DNA from: Macrostomum lignano
Lineage: Eukaryota
NCBI GenBank assembly: GCA_002269645.1
Contig: NIVC01005127.1
Span: forward strand, 1 to 25,453
Length of the DNA: 25,453 nucleotides
Direction of reading: 5' to 3'
The notes under the pieces were generated by a model. It saw only the letters and a program-made list of their open reading frames with translations, had not been told where the DNA came from and ran no database searches. This document shows, piece after piece, positions 1-10,322 of this stretch; the stretch's first letter is position 1; each line of letters starts with the position of its first letter. Both the position numbers and the translations under genes were made by a program.

Positions 1-11
1 GGTAAAATGAT

Positions 12-285
12 CTGAAGGACAGGAGAGGGGAGGAAAATAAAACCTGAAGGACTGTAGGAGAGAGGTAACTATAACCTGAAGGACTGTAGGAGAGGGTAAC
101 TATAACCTGAAAGGACTGAGGAGAGAGGGTAACTATAACCTGAAGGACTGTAGGGAGAGGTAACTATAACCTGAAGGACTGTAGGAGAGGGTAACTATAA
201 CCTGAAGGACTGTAGGAGAGGGCAACTATAACCTGAAGGACTGTAGGAGAGGGCAACTATAACCTGAAGGACGGTAAGCTGAAGG
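12..285. repeat. 31-bp tandem minisatellite (ctgaaggactgtaggagagggtaactataac) in TFIP11 intron 1
   Basis: ctgaagg recurs at 140, 171 and 202 (31-bp period); about 8 copies with scattered indels; lies beyond the TFIP11 donor at 412. Confidence 0.95.
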
Positions 286-412
286 ATTGAATGATACACC
301 TGAAGCCTGAAGAACCAGAGGGTAGCGTCGCGTGATTGAAGAAGGTCCGAGAATTGCAGGGAAACGGAGTTATAATTCACTCCACAATTGCATTGCAATA
401 GACAGAACAAAC

Positions 413-1265
413 CTTGACTTTGGCGCCATTGTCTAGCACTGGCACGCCGCCTGGCGCTTTTTTAGCTCCGTCCCGTAGAATCTCTTCTCGTGTTTTTATG
501 GCGTACCTTGGCTGCTGCTGCTGCTGACTTCGCTTGTAGCGGGCTGCAGCAGCAAGTGAGGCGGCTTTGGCGGTCGCGTCCGTCACCGTCTCTTCGTTGC
601 CGCGCCTGGGCACCGGCGCCGATTGTTCGGGATAAAATCCCACAGCCTCTTTGCCTTTGCGCTTTGTAGCCTGAACGGGAGTGACAATACCAGCTAGGTC
701 TTTGCCGAGGCCTTTGCCCTGCTTGTAGCCCATCTGCTCCAGCAGCTTCATGCCGATGCCGCGGGTGTGCCGCTCCCAGTGGCCGAAGCCCTGCTCCGCC
801 TGGGCCTGCTGCTGCTGGCGCTGCCGATCATTGGCCGACTGTTTTGGCCGCTGCGGCTGCCTGCGCTCGCCTGGCGCCTGCTCGATCAGCCGCACCTCAG
901 CATCTCCTCGTCGCTCTCATCCGTGATGTCGCCGCCGCCAGCTTCATCAGCCGCTGCTCCTCTTCCTCCTTCATCGTCATCATCATCCATGGCCGACTGG
1001 CCGCCTTTGACGCCGCCGCTAACGAAACTGATGGGACCGCCGGCTCGGTCTCGGCCGGCTCCGCGCGCCGCGGCGACGCCGGTTGCCGAAGCCGCGGCGA
1101 TTGCCGAAGCGTCATCGTCGTCCTCGTCTTCGGAGTCGCTGGCGAACACGCCCGCCCAAGCCTGCTTCTTGGACATTCGGCGCCGCTGGGCCAGCGGTCC
1201 ATGGAATATTTCCAATCGGCCCCCGTCATGTCGAAGCGCTCCATCTCTTCTTCATCGTCATCCAT
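413..1265 (-). CDS. TFIP11: Tuftelin-interacting protein 11 (Ntr1/Spp382 orthologue, G-patch), coding exon 1; gene continues off the left edge; two 1-nt deletions near 1215 and 897
   Basis: Three frames join into [17 protein letters not shown] / [22 protein letters not shown]...PISFVSGG / [51 protein letters not shown]...[10 protein letters not shown]...KVK. This matches recalled TFIP11 motifs ([32 protein letters not shown] G-patch, PKYSYKT, VKVIDMTG). Donor AAG|GTTTGT at 413/412; 853 nt + 2 = 285 codons. Confidence 0.92.
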
Positions 1266-1374
1266 TGTAGGTTGTGCGCTTGGGCGTTAGCGGCTGCTGG
1301 CTGCAATGTTCAGTGAGCGGGTAGGTGAGGGGTCAGCGAGTGCGCTCAAGTTCTCACCTGCGATATCTGAAACT

Positions 1375-1715
1375 CCAGTAATTCTCCAGCCTAGAACTGA
1401 AATATAAATCTACGAAACCAGTAATCTCCAGACTAAAACTGTAATATGAATCTACAAAACCTGTAATTTTGAATCTAAAACTGTAATATGAATCTAGAAA
1501 ACCTGTAATATCGAATATAAAATTAATATGAATCTACTAAAACTGTAATATCGATCTAAAACTGTAATATGATTGAATCTACAAAACCAGTAATCTTCAG
1601 CCTAAAACAGTAATATGAATCTACAAAACCGGTAATATCAAACTCAAAACTGTAATATAAATCTCAAACCAGTAATCTCCAGCCCAAACATGTAATTCTA
1701 GTCTAAAAAAACCAG
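1375..1715. repeat. Degenerate ~21/42-bp tandem repeat between DNAJC17 and TFIP11
   Basis: gtaat core recurs every 20-22 nt (1421, 1441, 1463, 1483 ... 1672, 1692) with a 42-43 bp dimer structure. Confidence 0.85.
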
Positions 1716-1845
1716 TAGTAATAGCATCGAAGACTATTTCTTTACAGTCTTAAAGTCGTTACAGGGTGTAAAATCACTAAGGACTCGATACATCTATCTA
1801 ACGTTACAATCGGCCATATTAAAAAAACTAGAAAAATATTAACAG

Positions 1846-1851
1846 TTTATT
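1846..1851 (-). terminator. Putative polyadenylation signal AATAAA of DNAJC17
   Basis: tttatt on the + strand, about 120 nt past the stop codon at 1971-1973. Confidence 0.6.
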
Positions 1852-1970
1852 ATTTACTTTCTAATCGTAGTAAGAAACTGTATAAATGCAATGTATTTGA
1901 CTTTAAAACAATATACATGCAGCATAAAATCAACTGATCAGAATGCCACAAGTTGAGTGCTATACACATA

Positions 1971-2881
1971 CTACTGATCATCAGTAGGCGCAGCAGATGC
2001 AGCATTATCATCATCCGTACTATTCTTATCGTCGCCAGGATGAGCGCGTTTGCCACGCGAAAACATTTTAATTAGATCGTCGGCTGTCACTTTGCGCAGC
2101 CAATCGCCAGACGGTCGGCCCTGATTGGTTGGCAGCCAATCGCCTGTAGTGGCTGCCGATGCGGCAGGAGGCACGGGAGTCTGCTGGTGCTGCTGCTTCT
2201 GGCCCTGCAGCCACACAGCCGACAGTCCACCTTGACCCGCTGTCAAGGCCTTGACCAACCTGTCCGCGTCGTCGTGTCTACGAAACTCGACAATAGCGAC
2301 ACCACCGCTGCCACCGCGACTGGATTTCTTACTACTAGCCTTGCCCGGCCTGTACAACAGGGTGACCACCTCGCCGAAGCTGGAGCACAGCGACTTCAAA
2401 GAGGCCTCCGACTGACTAGAACAGTCATCCTGATCTCCACGCCAAGTCAATTTTATTGTCGGCAGATTGTCTTTATCCTTGTCGGCAGCCGCCTGTCGGA
2501 GCTCCTGCCTGAGTAGCTCCTGCTCCCTAGCCAGAACGTCGTTCAGCTCCCGCCTAAGCCGCTGCTTCTCCCTCTCTAGGCTGGCTTCATCCTCCTGTCG
2601 GCTCCGGCCGCTTGCAGACGTCGCACTCTCAGCGGCAGCTGCAGCAGCTTCGGCTGCCTCAAGTTGCTCTTTGAATCGGCGCCGGCCTACCCGAGAGCCC
2701 GGGCCCGCTCGGCGGCAGCCTGACGGCCACGGCGCACTTTATCGTAGGCAGCTCGGGCGGCTGCGTCAGTGAGCAGTTGCAGAGCCTCGGACAGTCGACG
2801 GAAACGTTGAGCAGCCAGCGGATCGTCTGGATTTTTGTCCGGATGAACTTTGAGCGCTGCGGTGCGATAGGCTTTGGTGAT
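1971..2881 (-). CDS. DNAJC17: DNAJC17 (J domain, coiled coil, RRM-like domain), coding exon 2; one 1-nt deletion near 2685-2693
   Basis: Acceptor cctgatag|ATC at 2882/2881. Reads [51 protein letters not shown] (HPD motif; human KAYRQKALSCHPDKNPDNP...[15 protein letters not shown]). After a -1 correction: [12 protein letters not shown]...LPTIKLTW...FGEVVTLL...VAIVEF. TAG at 1973-1971. Confidence 0.92.
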
Positions 2882-3038
2882 CTATCAGGGGATGGATTAG
2901 AGAGGTTTAGTTAGCACCTTAGGTAAAAAGCTGGAGTAAAAATGCCTGTATTTTAGTAAACCGATCCCTCGCCATCTAATTAGTTTGCAATGGGCCTTTA
3001 TTTCAACTTTATTATTCACAATTGAATGCACAACTTAC

Positions 3039-3110
3039 CTCCTTTTCTGTAGCATTCTCATCAATGTTAAGTAGTTTATATAAATCTTCATTTTGTATTG
3101 GTGTATCCAT
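3039..3110 (-). CDS. DNAJC17: DNAJC17 coding exon 1 (24 codons)
   Basis: MDTPIQNEDLYKLLNIDENATEKE matches J-domain helix I (human MDLYALLGIEEKAADKE). Donor GAG|GTAAGT at 3039/3038, phase 0, in frame with exon 2 across a 157-nt intron. Confidence 0.9.
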
Positions 3111-3125
3111 GTTGGAGCTGATATC

Positions 3126-3148
3126 CTGAAGAGCTAAATAGCAAATCA
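3126..3148 (-). promoter_or_regulatory. 3' splice acceptor 15 nt upstream of the DNAJC17 ATG (5'-UTR intron or trans-splice acceptor)
   Basis: Minus strand ttgatttgctatttagctcttcag|gatatcagctccaacATG. Confidence 0.5.
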
Positions 3149-5346
3149 ATAAACTATTAACACATGTTCAAATTAGTAAGCTAGCTTGAAATAAAATTTC
3201 TTTTTAATATACATAGATAGAAACATACAGTTAAAAATATACGTATAGAATATTCATTCCTAATATTACTCAGTAATTTAAAGTAAAACAGTTTTATATA
3301 AATAGTTAGTGTGATATGCTATGCAAGTCTAGAGTTAACTATCTATTTGCTTTTACAAAGTATTTTTGTAGTCTAAAGACCAAGACCCTTGCAAACATAG
3401 CTTGCAAAGTTGGTTGCAAAAGATTCAAATACCATTTTTTCTTTTTTATATTTGTTCTTCATGTCTTTATATCTTATATTAGCATTTAGGCCCTGAAATG
3501 TATTCTATGATATTGTTTTTATCCTTCATAACTTGCTTGACTGGCTAAAAACATTTTATTGTATTTGTTGCTGCTATGATTTATATTATTATTTGTGAAA
3601 GTTTTTCTTATGTAAAAATCTGTGCAATTTCATATCTGCAAATATTTCTTAGGAAAAATTTGTCTTATTATATATATTTTCCAAAATATTCTAGTGAAAA
3701 TACCAAAATCAGCAGTAGACAACTTAGATATCAAAGAATATACATATGTAGGGGCCTATAGAATACTAAAAGCCATGGCCTTCTAACTTTAATAATGTAT
3801 AAGACTAAAAGAAATATATATGTAATATATTTAGTAGTAATAGCAAAATACTGCTTAGGCCTATATAAGAATGCTATTAGTACAGAACAAGAACACATCA
3901 ATAAGAAATTAAAAATACTTAGAAGTATTTTATATATTTTTAAATCCAAGGCATATTTATTAGCTATTAGCCTCTTTCTTAGTTTAAAACTTTTTTAACT
4001 AAATTTTTCTTTTTTATCTCCTGCTTCACCCTAATTTTTATTGCCTTTCTAGCCTAAAGTTAACCATATAAATATATATTTTAGTGAATGGGCTAATATA
4101 CAATATTGCTAAACCAATTAGTAAGTTGTTTATATTAATAAGCTTTGGTTAATGAATTTTTCAAAGTTATTTTAGCTATTTTTATTTTTATAAAATAGCT
4201 TATATAGGCTACAATTTTTTTCTAGTGAACTGAAAATAGAAAGCTGTTTTACTAAGTATATATGTCTAAATTATAAATGGCCTATCTAGTTATTTTAGAA
4301 ATTTAGTATCTATGCTAATAACTTAATAGAATTAGTTGAAACTAATAAAATATTGTGATAACTTTTATATCAATATTTTAAAGTTAAATTAATGTGATAT
4401 AAAAACTTGTGATAGCTACCTTTGATAGTAGAAATATAATTTTGTTAAGATAAAGTACTAGCCTTAGGCCTATTGTATGTAAAAATTTTAAATTAATAAA
4501 TTAATAAAAATCATTAAGAAGGGTCTTCTTACATTAAGATTTGAATTCTTTATAAGGCCTAATTAGAATTTTAAAAGCTAAAGTAAAACTCAATATGTAA
4601 TTTATAAGCTTGAAAATTTTTAGAATATATAAAATTCTAAAATTGGTAAACAAAATGACTTTCTACATATATAACATAGAATGATAGATTGGCCTATAAC
4701 AAATAAAATATGGCAAAAAATCATTGACATTTGTCAAAGATAAAATTAGAATAGATGTGTAAGCTTATAGTATGATTAGGTGGGCCAGGCCTATTAAGTT
4801 AGGCCCTAGCTAAGCAACTTAGACTAGGCGGCTAGGCCTATGTTTGTATTTTTGATAGTTTTATATCTTTTTTTCTTATTCTGGAATCTGGATTTAAAGG
4901 CCTATTCCTAGGCTATACAAAGTATTATAGGTCTACTTTAGATGTTTAGAATATTATTGATAATATTTATGACTGCCACTGTCAGCAGTGCCAGCCAAAA
5001 AGAATAGTTAGGCCTACTAGTATTCATTACTATGCCAATGCCATCATTACTATATTACTACATATTACTAGGCCCATGCTATGCCTTCATAGGGGCACCA
5101 TCATTACCACACCCCTACAAGGGGCAGGGGGCAGGTTACTACCCCTCTTGCCTTCCCTTTCCCTTAAATCTGTCCCTAGTAGCCTACTAGATATAGACAC
5201 TATCAATATCAATCGAAAAGGCACACAAACTAAAATGCTAATAAAAATAAAAGGAACAAATAAAATTTATTGTTATCATAGCCCATAGGCCTAGCATACT
5301 AGATCCATGACTGTACTAAACCCATATGGGCTCATGCCTGCCTGCC

Positions 5347-5811
5347 CGTGTAGGCCGGATGTAGGCTATATTATATATACTTGTTAGGTTGTCGATGGTA
5401 AGCTTTTGGAGTGTAATTTTCGATGAACTGTGAAATTTCGATGGATTTCAAATAATTGTCTACATAAAGACATTTGCAATAGAAATAATTCTGTGCGTAA
5501 TTATAGTAAGCAGGCCTAAATTAGAAAATCATAAAAATGCAGAACCGTTGGCGTAGGTGCTAGTATTTTAGTAAGACGTTTGTTAATATAGTAACTTTTA
5601 AATTTATTGAAAAAGAAAGGAAAGCGATTAATGCTTATCGCTTGATAATATTAAATGTCAAACTAGGCTGGCTGAATAAACTGGGTAATCCTACCACAAA
5701 TAAATGCATTAATTACACTTCAAGTTAAAAACTCTAGATAATTTTTAAAATAAGTTTTAGTAATAAAGCTTATGTCGATTCCAGACTATAATATTAGCAA
5801 CATGAAGTACG
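5347..5811. promoter_or_regulatory. CpG-retaining segment inside a CpG desert; candidate bidirectional promoter for DNAJC17 and XPO7
   Basis: Manual count: 13 CpG in 465 bp, versus 2 in 3244-5346 and about 8 in 5812-10300; lies between two divergently transcribed genes. Confidence 0.4.
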
Positions 5812-6459
5812 TCTAGATTTTTGCAAGTTGCAACATTTTCTTTCTGGCATTTTCCCAACCTCACTAAGTTTAGTTGGCTCTCAGTTGGCTGAAAATTGTT
5901 TGTTTTATTCCAGAGCCAAAACACTTAACTTTTAACATTTCCATGTTATTATCACTTTAACTATCAATGTGAGAATCTATCATTTCATTATAGATAGGCC
6001 TAAATTTGCTAAAATTATAATTATATAGGGGCCTAGTATCTAGACGGTTATATTAATAATAGTAATAATAATAATAAAAATTTAATATTGAAATTCAATT
6101 GTTTTATCTTTGCTACTATATAATAAATATTGTTTGTTTAAATAGGCCTATCCAAATAATTATTTGATTTTTTTCTTATTAAAAGCTAAACTTAGGCTAG
6201 GCCTAGGTAAAAAAGTGCTAGGCCTAATCAAATTTTGCTTAAAACAACTTATTCTTAGTAGGCCTATTTATAAGATTCAGCCTAGCAATTCCTAATCTTT
6301 GCTCAAAATTCTTGTTTTTATCTATATCTAAATGATCAAAATAAAAATCAAACATTTTAAACAAATTCTAAACCTTAGCTTTAGTAAGATGCATTATATT
6401 ATATTACATTACAATGACACTAGGTTTGGAAGGTGCTAGCGCATAGGCCTATACAATTA

Positions 6460-7110
6460 TGAAAAAGAAAGACAAGATAGATTGCAGCAGTCTAGGAGGT
6501 CAGTCCAATTGCCTTCAAGTTGGCAACAAGTGTCTTTTAGAGTGTCTGGTTCTGCCCTTAGCTGCACTAAAACCATTTGATCAATGGGTACAGAATGGCT
6601 AGTCTAAATGGGTTGTTGTTGCCATGGGCAAACTACCATAGGCAGTGTCTTAGCAAGGCCTAGCAATGTTGGCAGAGCATGGCACTAAGGGATGGCAATT
6701 TTGATCTCTCTATCAGCTGGGCTATCAGGAAAACAGCCAAGTAGTACAGGCCCAACGCTTTATGTAGCAGGTTGTAGAGCATTGTATCAAGGGCCCGCTC
6801 TCATGTAGTTGTCATTGGGATAGCCTCTATGCCATAGAGAAGGATTGGCTCTATGGTGGCATAGAACAAGTAGATCTTCAGGTTGTCCTATACTTTGGAG
6901 GTAAAGATTGGCCTAAGATGGTGCATGGCATACCAGGCCTAGGTCCTCTTATCTATAATGATCGCCTCTAGGCTTATCACAAGGGTGCCTAGATAGTGGA
7001 AGTTGCTGTACATGATTAAGATGGCCTTGCCATTGAGCAGGGTCAGTGGTGGGGCATTGTTAGTACCCATATGCAGTACCTCTGTCTTGCCTGCATTAGT
7101 TCATGTAAAG
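6460..7110 (-). mobile_element. 5'-truncated, inactivated non-LTR retrotransposon (RTE-like LINE): end of RT domain and C-terminal region
   Basis: One minus-strand frame from 7097 reads NAGKTEVLHMGTNNAPPLTLLNGKAILIMYSNFHYLGTLVIS...*AWYAMHHLRPIFTSKV*DNLKIYLFYATIEPILLYGIEAIPMTTT*ERALD. This carries the N..KTE(V), F.YLG, AW..L..I, KI.LF...VE.ILLYG.E motifs of RTE-type ORF2; 9 in-frame stops. Confidence 0.85.
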
Positions 7111-10100
7111 ATACATTAGGCTATATTTAAAGTTTGTATATATAAGTATATATATAAATTTAATAATTGATATTTAGCTAGGTTTTTTATGTGCACTGCA
7201 AAGTATGCATATTATACCATCTTTGAGTTTTAAAATTGCACTCTAAAACTAACAAAGTGGGTATAGTTTAGGTATCATTTTATAAGTTATTTTCTTTTTA
7301 AGCCTCATTTGTAATGCCTTAGAATAAGATCAAGAAATATGAGACAAGAAGTCAAGGCATATATATACAAGATAAAAAAACAAGACACAAGAAAATATCC
7401 ATAAATATGTTTATATTCCTAATTTTTTTAACTAAGAGAAATTGCATTCACTGACTCAGCCTTATAATTGCACCTTGAAATTGGGTACAAAGTGCAATTT
7501 TATGTCTTATCTCTTATAAAACTATATTTTTAGCTTGGAATTGCTTATTATTCAAATTTAAAACAAAATAAAACCAATGTAACAATGCTATGATTCAGGC
7601 ACAAAAATGGTGCAAATATAGGTACAAATGCCTTTTTGCCTTTGTAAGAGATGATATTTGGATAAACATAATCATTTAAGTTCTATCTTTGTATTTTTAC
7701 TTTTATCTTATTGTTATTGGAGTAAATAGGACCTAGCTGTGGTTGCTACTACAAGTGCATGCTAATTATCTTTTTGACCTTATGCCATTTACCAATCTTG
7801 GGAGTCAGGACTATTTTAATCATTTACTTTAGTACTGGACACTAGGCTTTTATCTTAGCCCAATATCTGCCAGTATTTGTGCTTGACATAGAGATTAGCA
7901 ACTCGGAAGGTGCACTTCTACCAATTTCACCTGAAAGAGACACTAGACAAGCATGGATATCACAATTGACTTCTAGAGCTACATTGCTACTGACACTGAT
8001 AGAGATTGTCCTCTCTTACTACATTTGGTCTAAGTATTGCTTGTTTTCCCCCATGATAATGCAAAGATGGAATGTATATTTAGCCAAAATTTAAAACAAA
8101 AACTTTTAAAATGCCCAATATATAATAATGCATGCAAAAATATCTCATATGACATTTTTAGGGGTTGTAAAGAAGCAATCTAGAGGATAATATTAGCATT
8201 GTGCAAAAATTTTTGCCTGGCATAAAATCAGGTAAAATGTCTAATTATAGCACTGCAATCCAATAAATATAGGCCTAGCAGTATTTTTAAAATGATACAT
8301 TATGGCTGATAACTAAAATACTATATATATAATCACAATAGTTTTGAATTTAAATACAAATTACTTTTTATAACCACCAAAGATGTTTTTTCTTAGCTTT
8401 TAATAAACATATTTACATTGTTTAAATAATTAAGACTTAGATATAAGTTATATACTATACTAAACTTTAGTTATAAACTAGGTTAAGTAATATAGATAAT
8501 ATTATTTACTTAAGACCAAGTTATTCTGCAATAATTTTTATTTAAATAAGAAGATTATATATAAGATAATCAGAAAACTGAAAACTGAAATCAATAATAG
8601 AATTTTTCTCCCCAAGTATAAAATTATATTATATAGGGGTATATATCCATAATACCTTCCAAGCTAGCTAATCTAGCTAGCTAGCAAAAGACCTAGCCAA
8701 GGTAAGTTTCAAAATGCCTATTCAAAAGATATAGAAAAAGTATTTAAATAGATAACAAAGCATTTGGCTTTAATAATATAGTCATTATTATTTTTGACAT
8801 GTACCTAGAAAATTACATTAATTTTAGCTTAGGTTTCTTTCATACATATAGATTAGTCATTTTTTTGGTCAAAAAATAAATCAGGGGGTTATATATATGT
8901 GTTATGTGTAAAAGATTTTAACATGAAAATAAATATAATTGACATATTAGTTATTCTAGACATGTGGAGTCTCAATCAATGTCAAAAAGTTTGTTGGAGT
9001 GTATTGGCAGAGCTACAACTAAAGTTGGTATTGTCAATGCAGTTTAGAATAGAAGCAGCAATTCTATTATCTTAAAACCTGATGCAAAACATTGTCTTTA
9101 CTAAGTAAAAAGCGAACAATGAGGCATCATTCATCAACTGCACTTAAATTTGGCCTTAGTATTGTCTTAGTAATTTTCCATGCAGTTAATATAAATACAA
9201 TGTTTTTCTCCATTGCATTCCATTTTTCCAATGTGCATTTTTCCATTGCACATAGAAAGCAATTTTGTGATAGACTACCAAATGCATATAGTTGCATGTC
9301 AAAGTATACTGACCATTCATCATTATAAATCATTATGCTAAGTTTTATAAACTTTTCAATGATTAGTAAAAGGGTAAGAATATCTTATGAGACAATGGGC
9401 CAAATAATATCATTGCAAGATAAATCACCACATTCTACTATTCTAAAAATCCAGATCTAGGTACCTTTCTAAGAACCTTGATAGTATTTGAGCTTTCTAC
9501 CAAAAGGGATTTGTCAATCTCATAAGGCATTTTATAGGGCATTAAGCAGGTGTAAAAAATAATTCAAATGATTTCTAAGATTAGCATCTTAATTCTTAAT
9601 GATACATTTCTAGCCTTTATCTGTCTAAAAAGTTATTTTTCAATAAAAGTTAAAATTTAATAGTTAAAAGTTGTTCTGTCTATTAAATCTTTTAAAATTT
9701 GAATTTGAATTTAAAATATTGATAGTCTTTTGTTCCTCAAAGGTAAAATTGCATCTAGGGTTAGATTTTAGGTTATAATTTTAGAATTTTTTAATGTTAA
9801 GTCTATATATGCACAATTTCCAGTGCAATTACAATTGACAATATTAACAAATTAAGGACTTTTACTTGTTTTTGATAAGCTACTAAACTAAGTCACATTT
9901 TCAGTCAAAACTTAGTCTTATGGCTAGTGTAATTTTAGAATTTGTGCATTTATAAATAATATAATTTATAAAACTTTATAACACTTTTTTCAGTAAAGTT
10001 GATGCAAATAAGTATTTGAAGTATAAAACGAATTTTAATTATATGTTTGCTTTATGCTTTTATTAAAAACAAAAATAGTTGATTTTTCTATCATTGCTAG

Positions 10101-10322
10101 TTCTTATTATTAATCAGGAGTTTAATTTAATTAGACTATGCAAGTCTTCTAACAAAGAAACTAAGAATTAAGAAAGTTATTGATAACTCATTTAGTAAAC
10201 CTCTGTCCAAAGAAGATAAATAAGCTATAGTTAATAAAACATTTTACAATATTTGATTTACTGTGCAAATTTCAGCTTATTTCAGTTTATCAACCATATT
10301 TAAATTTAGCGCCAATACAAAC

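Noticed and set aside
60-270. TAACTATAAC in the 31-bp unit resembling the start of the I-CeuI homing site in LSU rDNA
   Set aside because: The match ends after 10 nt, with no rRNA context or endonuclease ORF.
767-1316. Plus-strand ORFs of 167, 148 and 77 aa over TFIP11, and 2187-2772 over DNAJC17
   Set aside because: Antisense shadows of GC-rich coding sequence; low complexity and no recognisable domain.
7200-10200. Possible further decayed transposase fragments (e.g. 7700-8090, 9090-9330)
   Set aside because: Slightly higher complexity than the flanks, but I could not recover a convincing protein motif; needs TBLASTX or HMM searches after in-silico C/G reversion.
10263-10322. GTG-initiated N-terminal extension of XPO7 given by the ORF track
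   Set aside because: Homology begins at ATG 10323, and the upstream stretch looks like a U-rich acceptor region.
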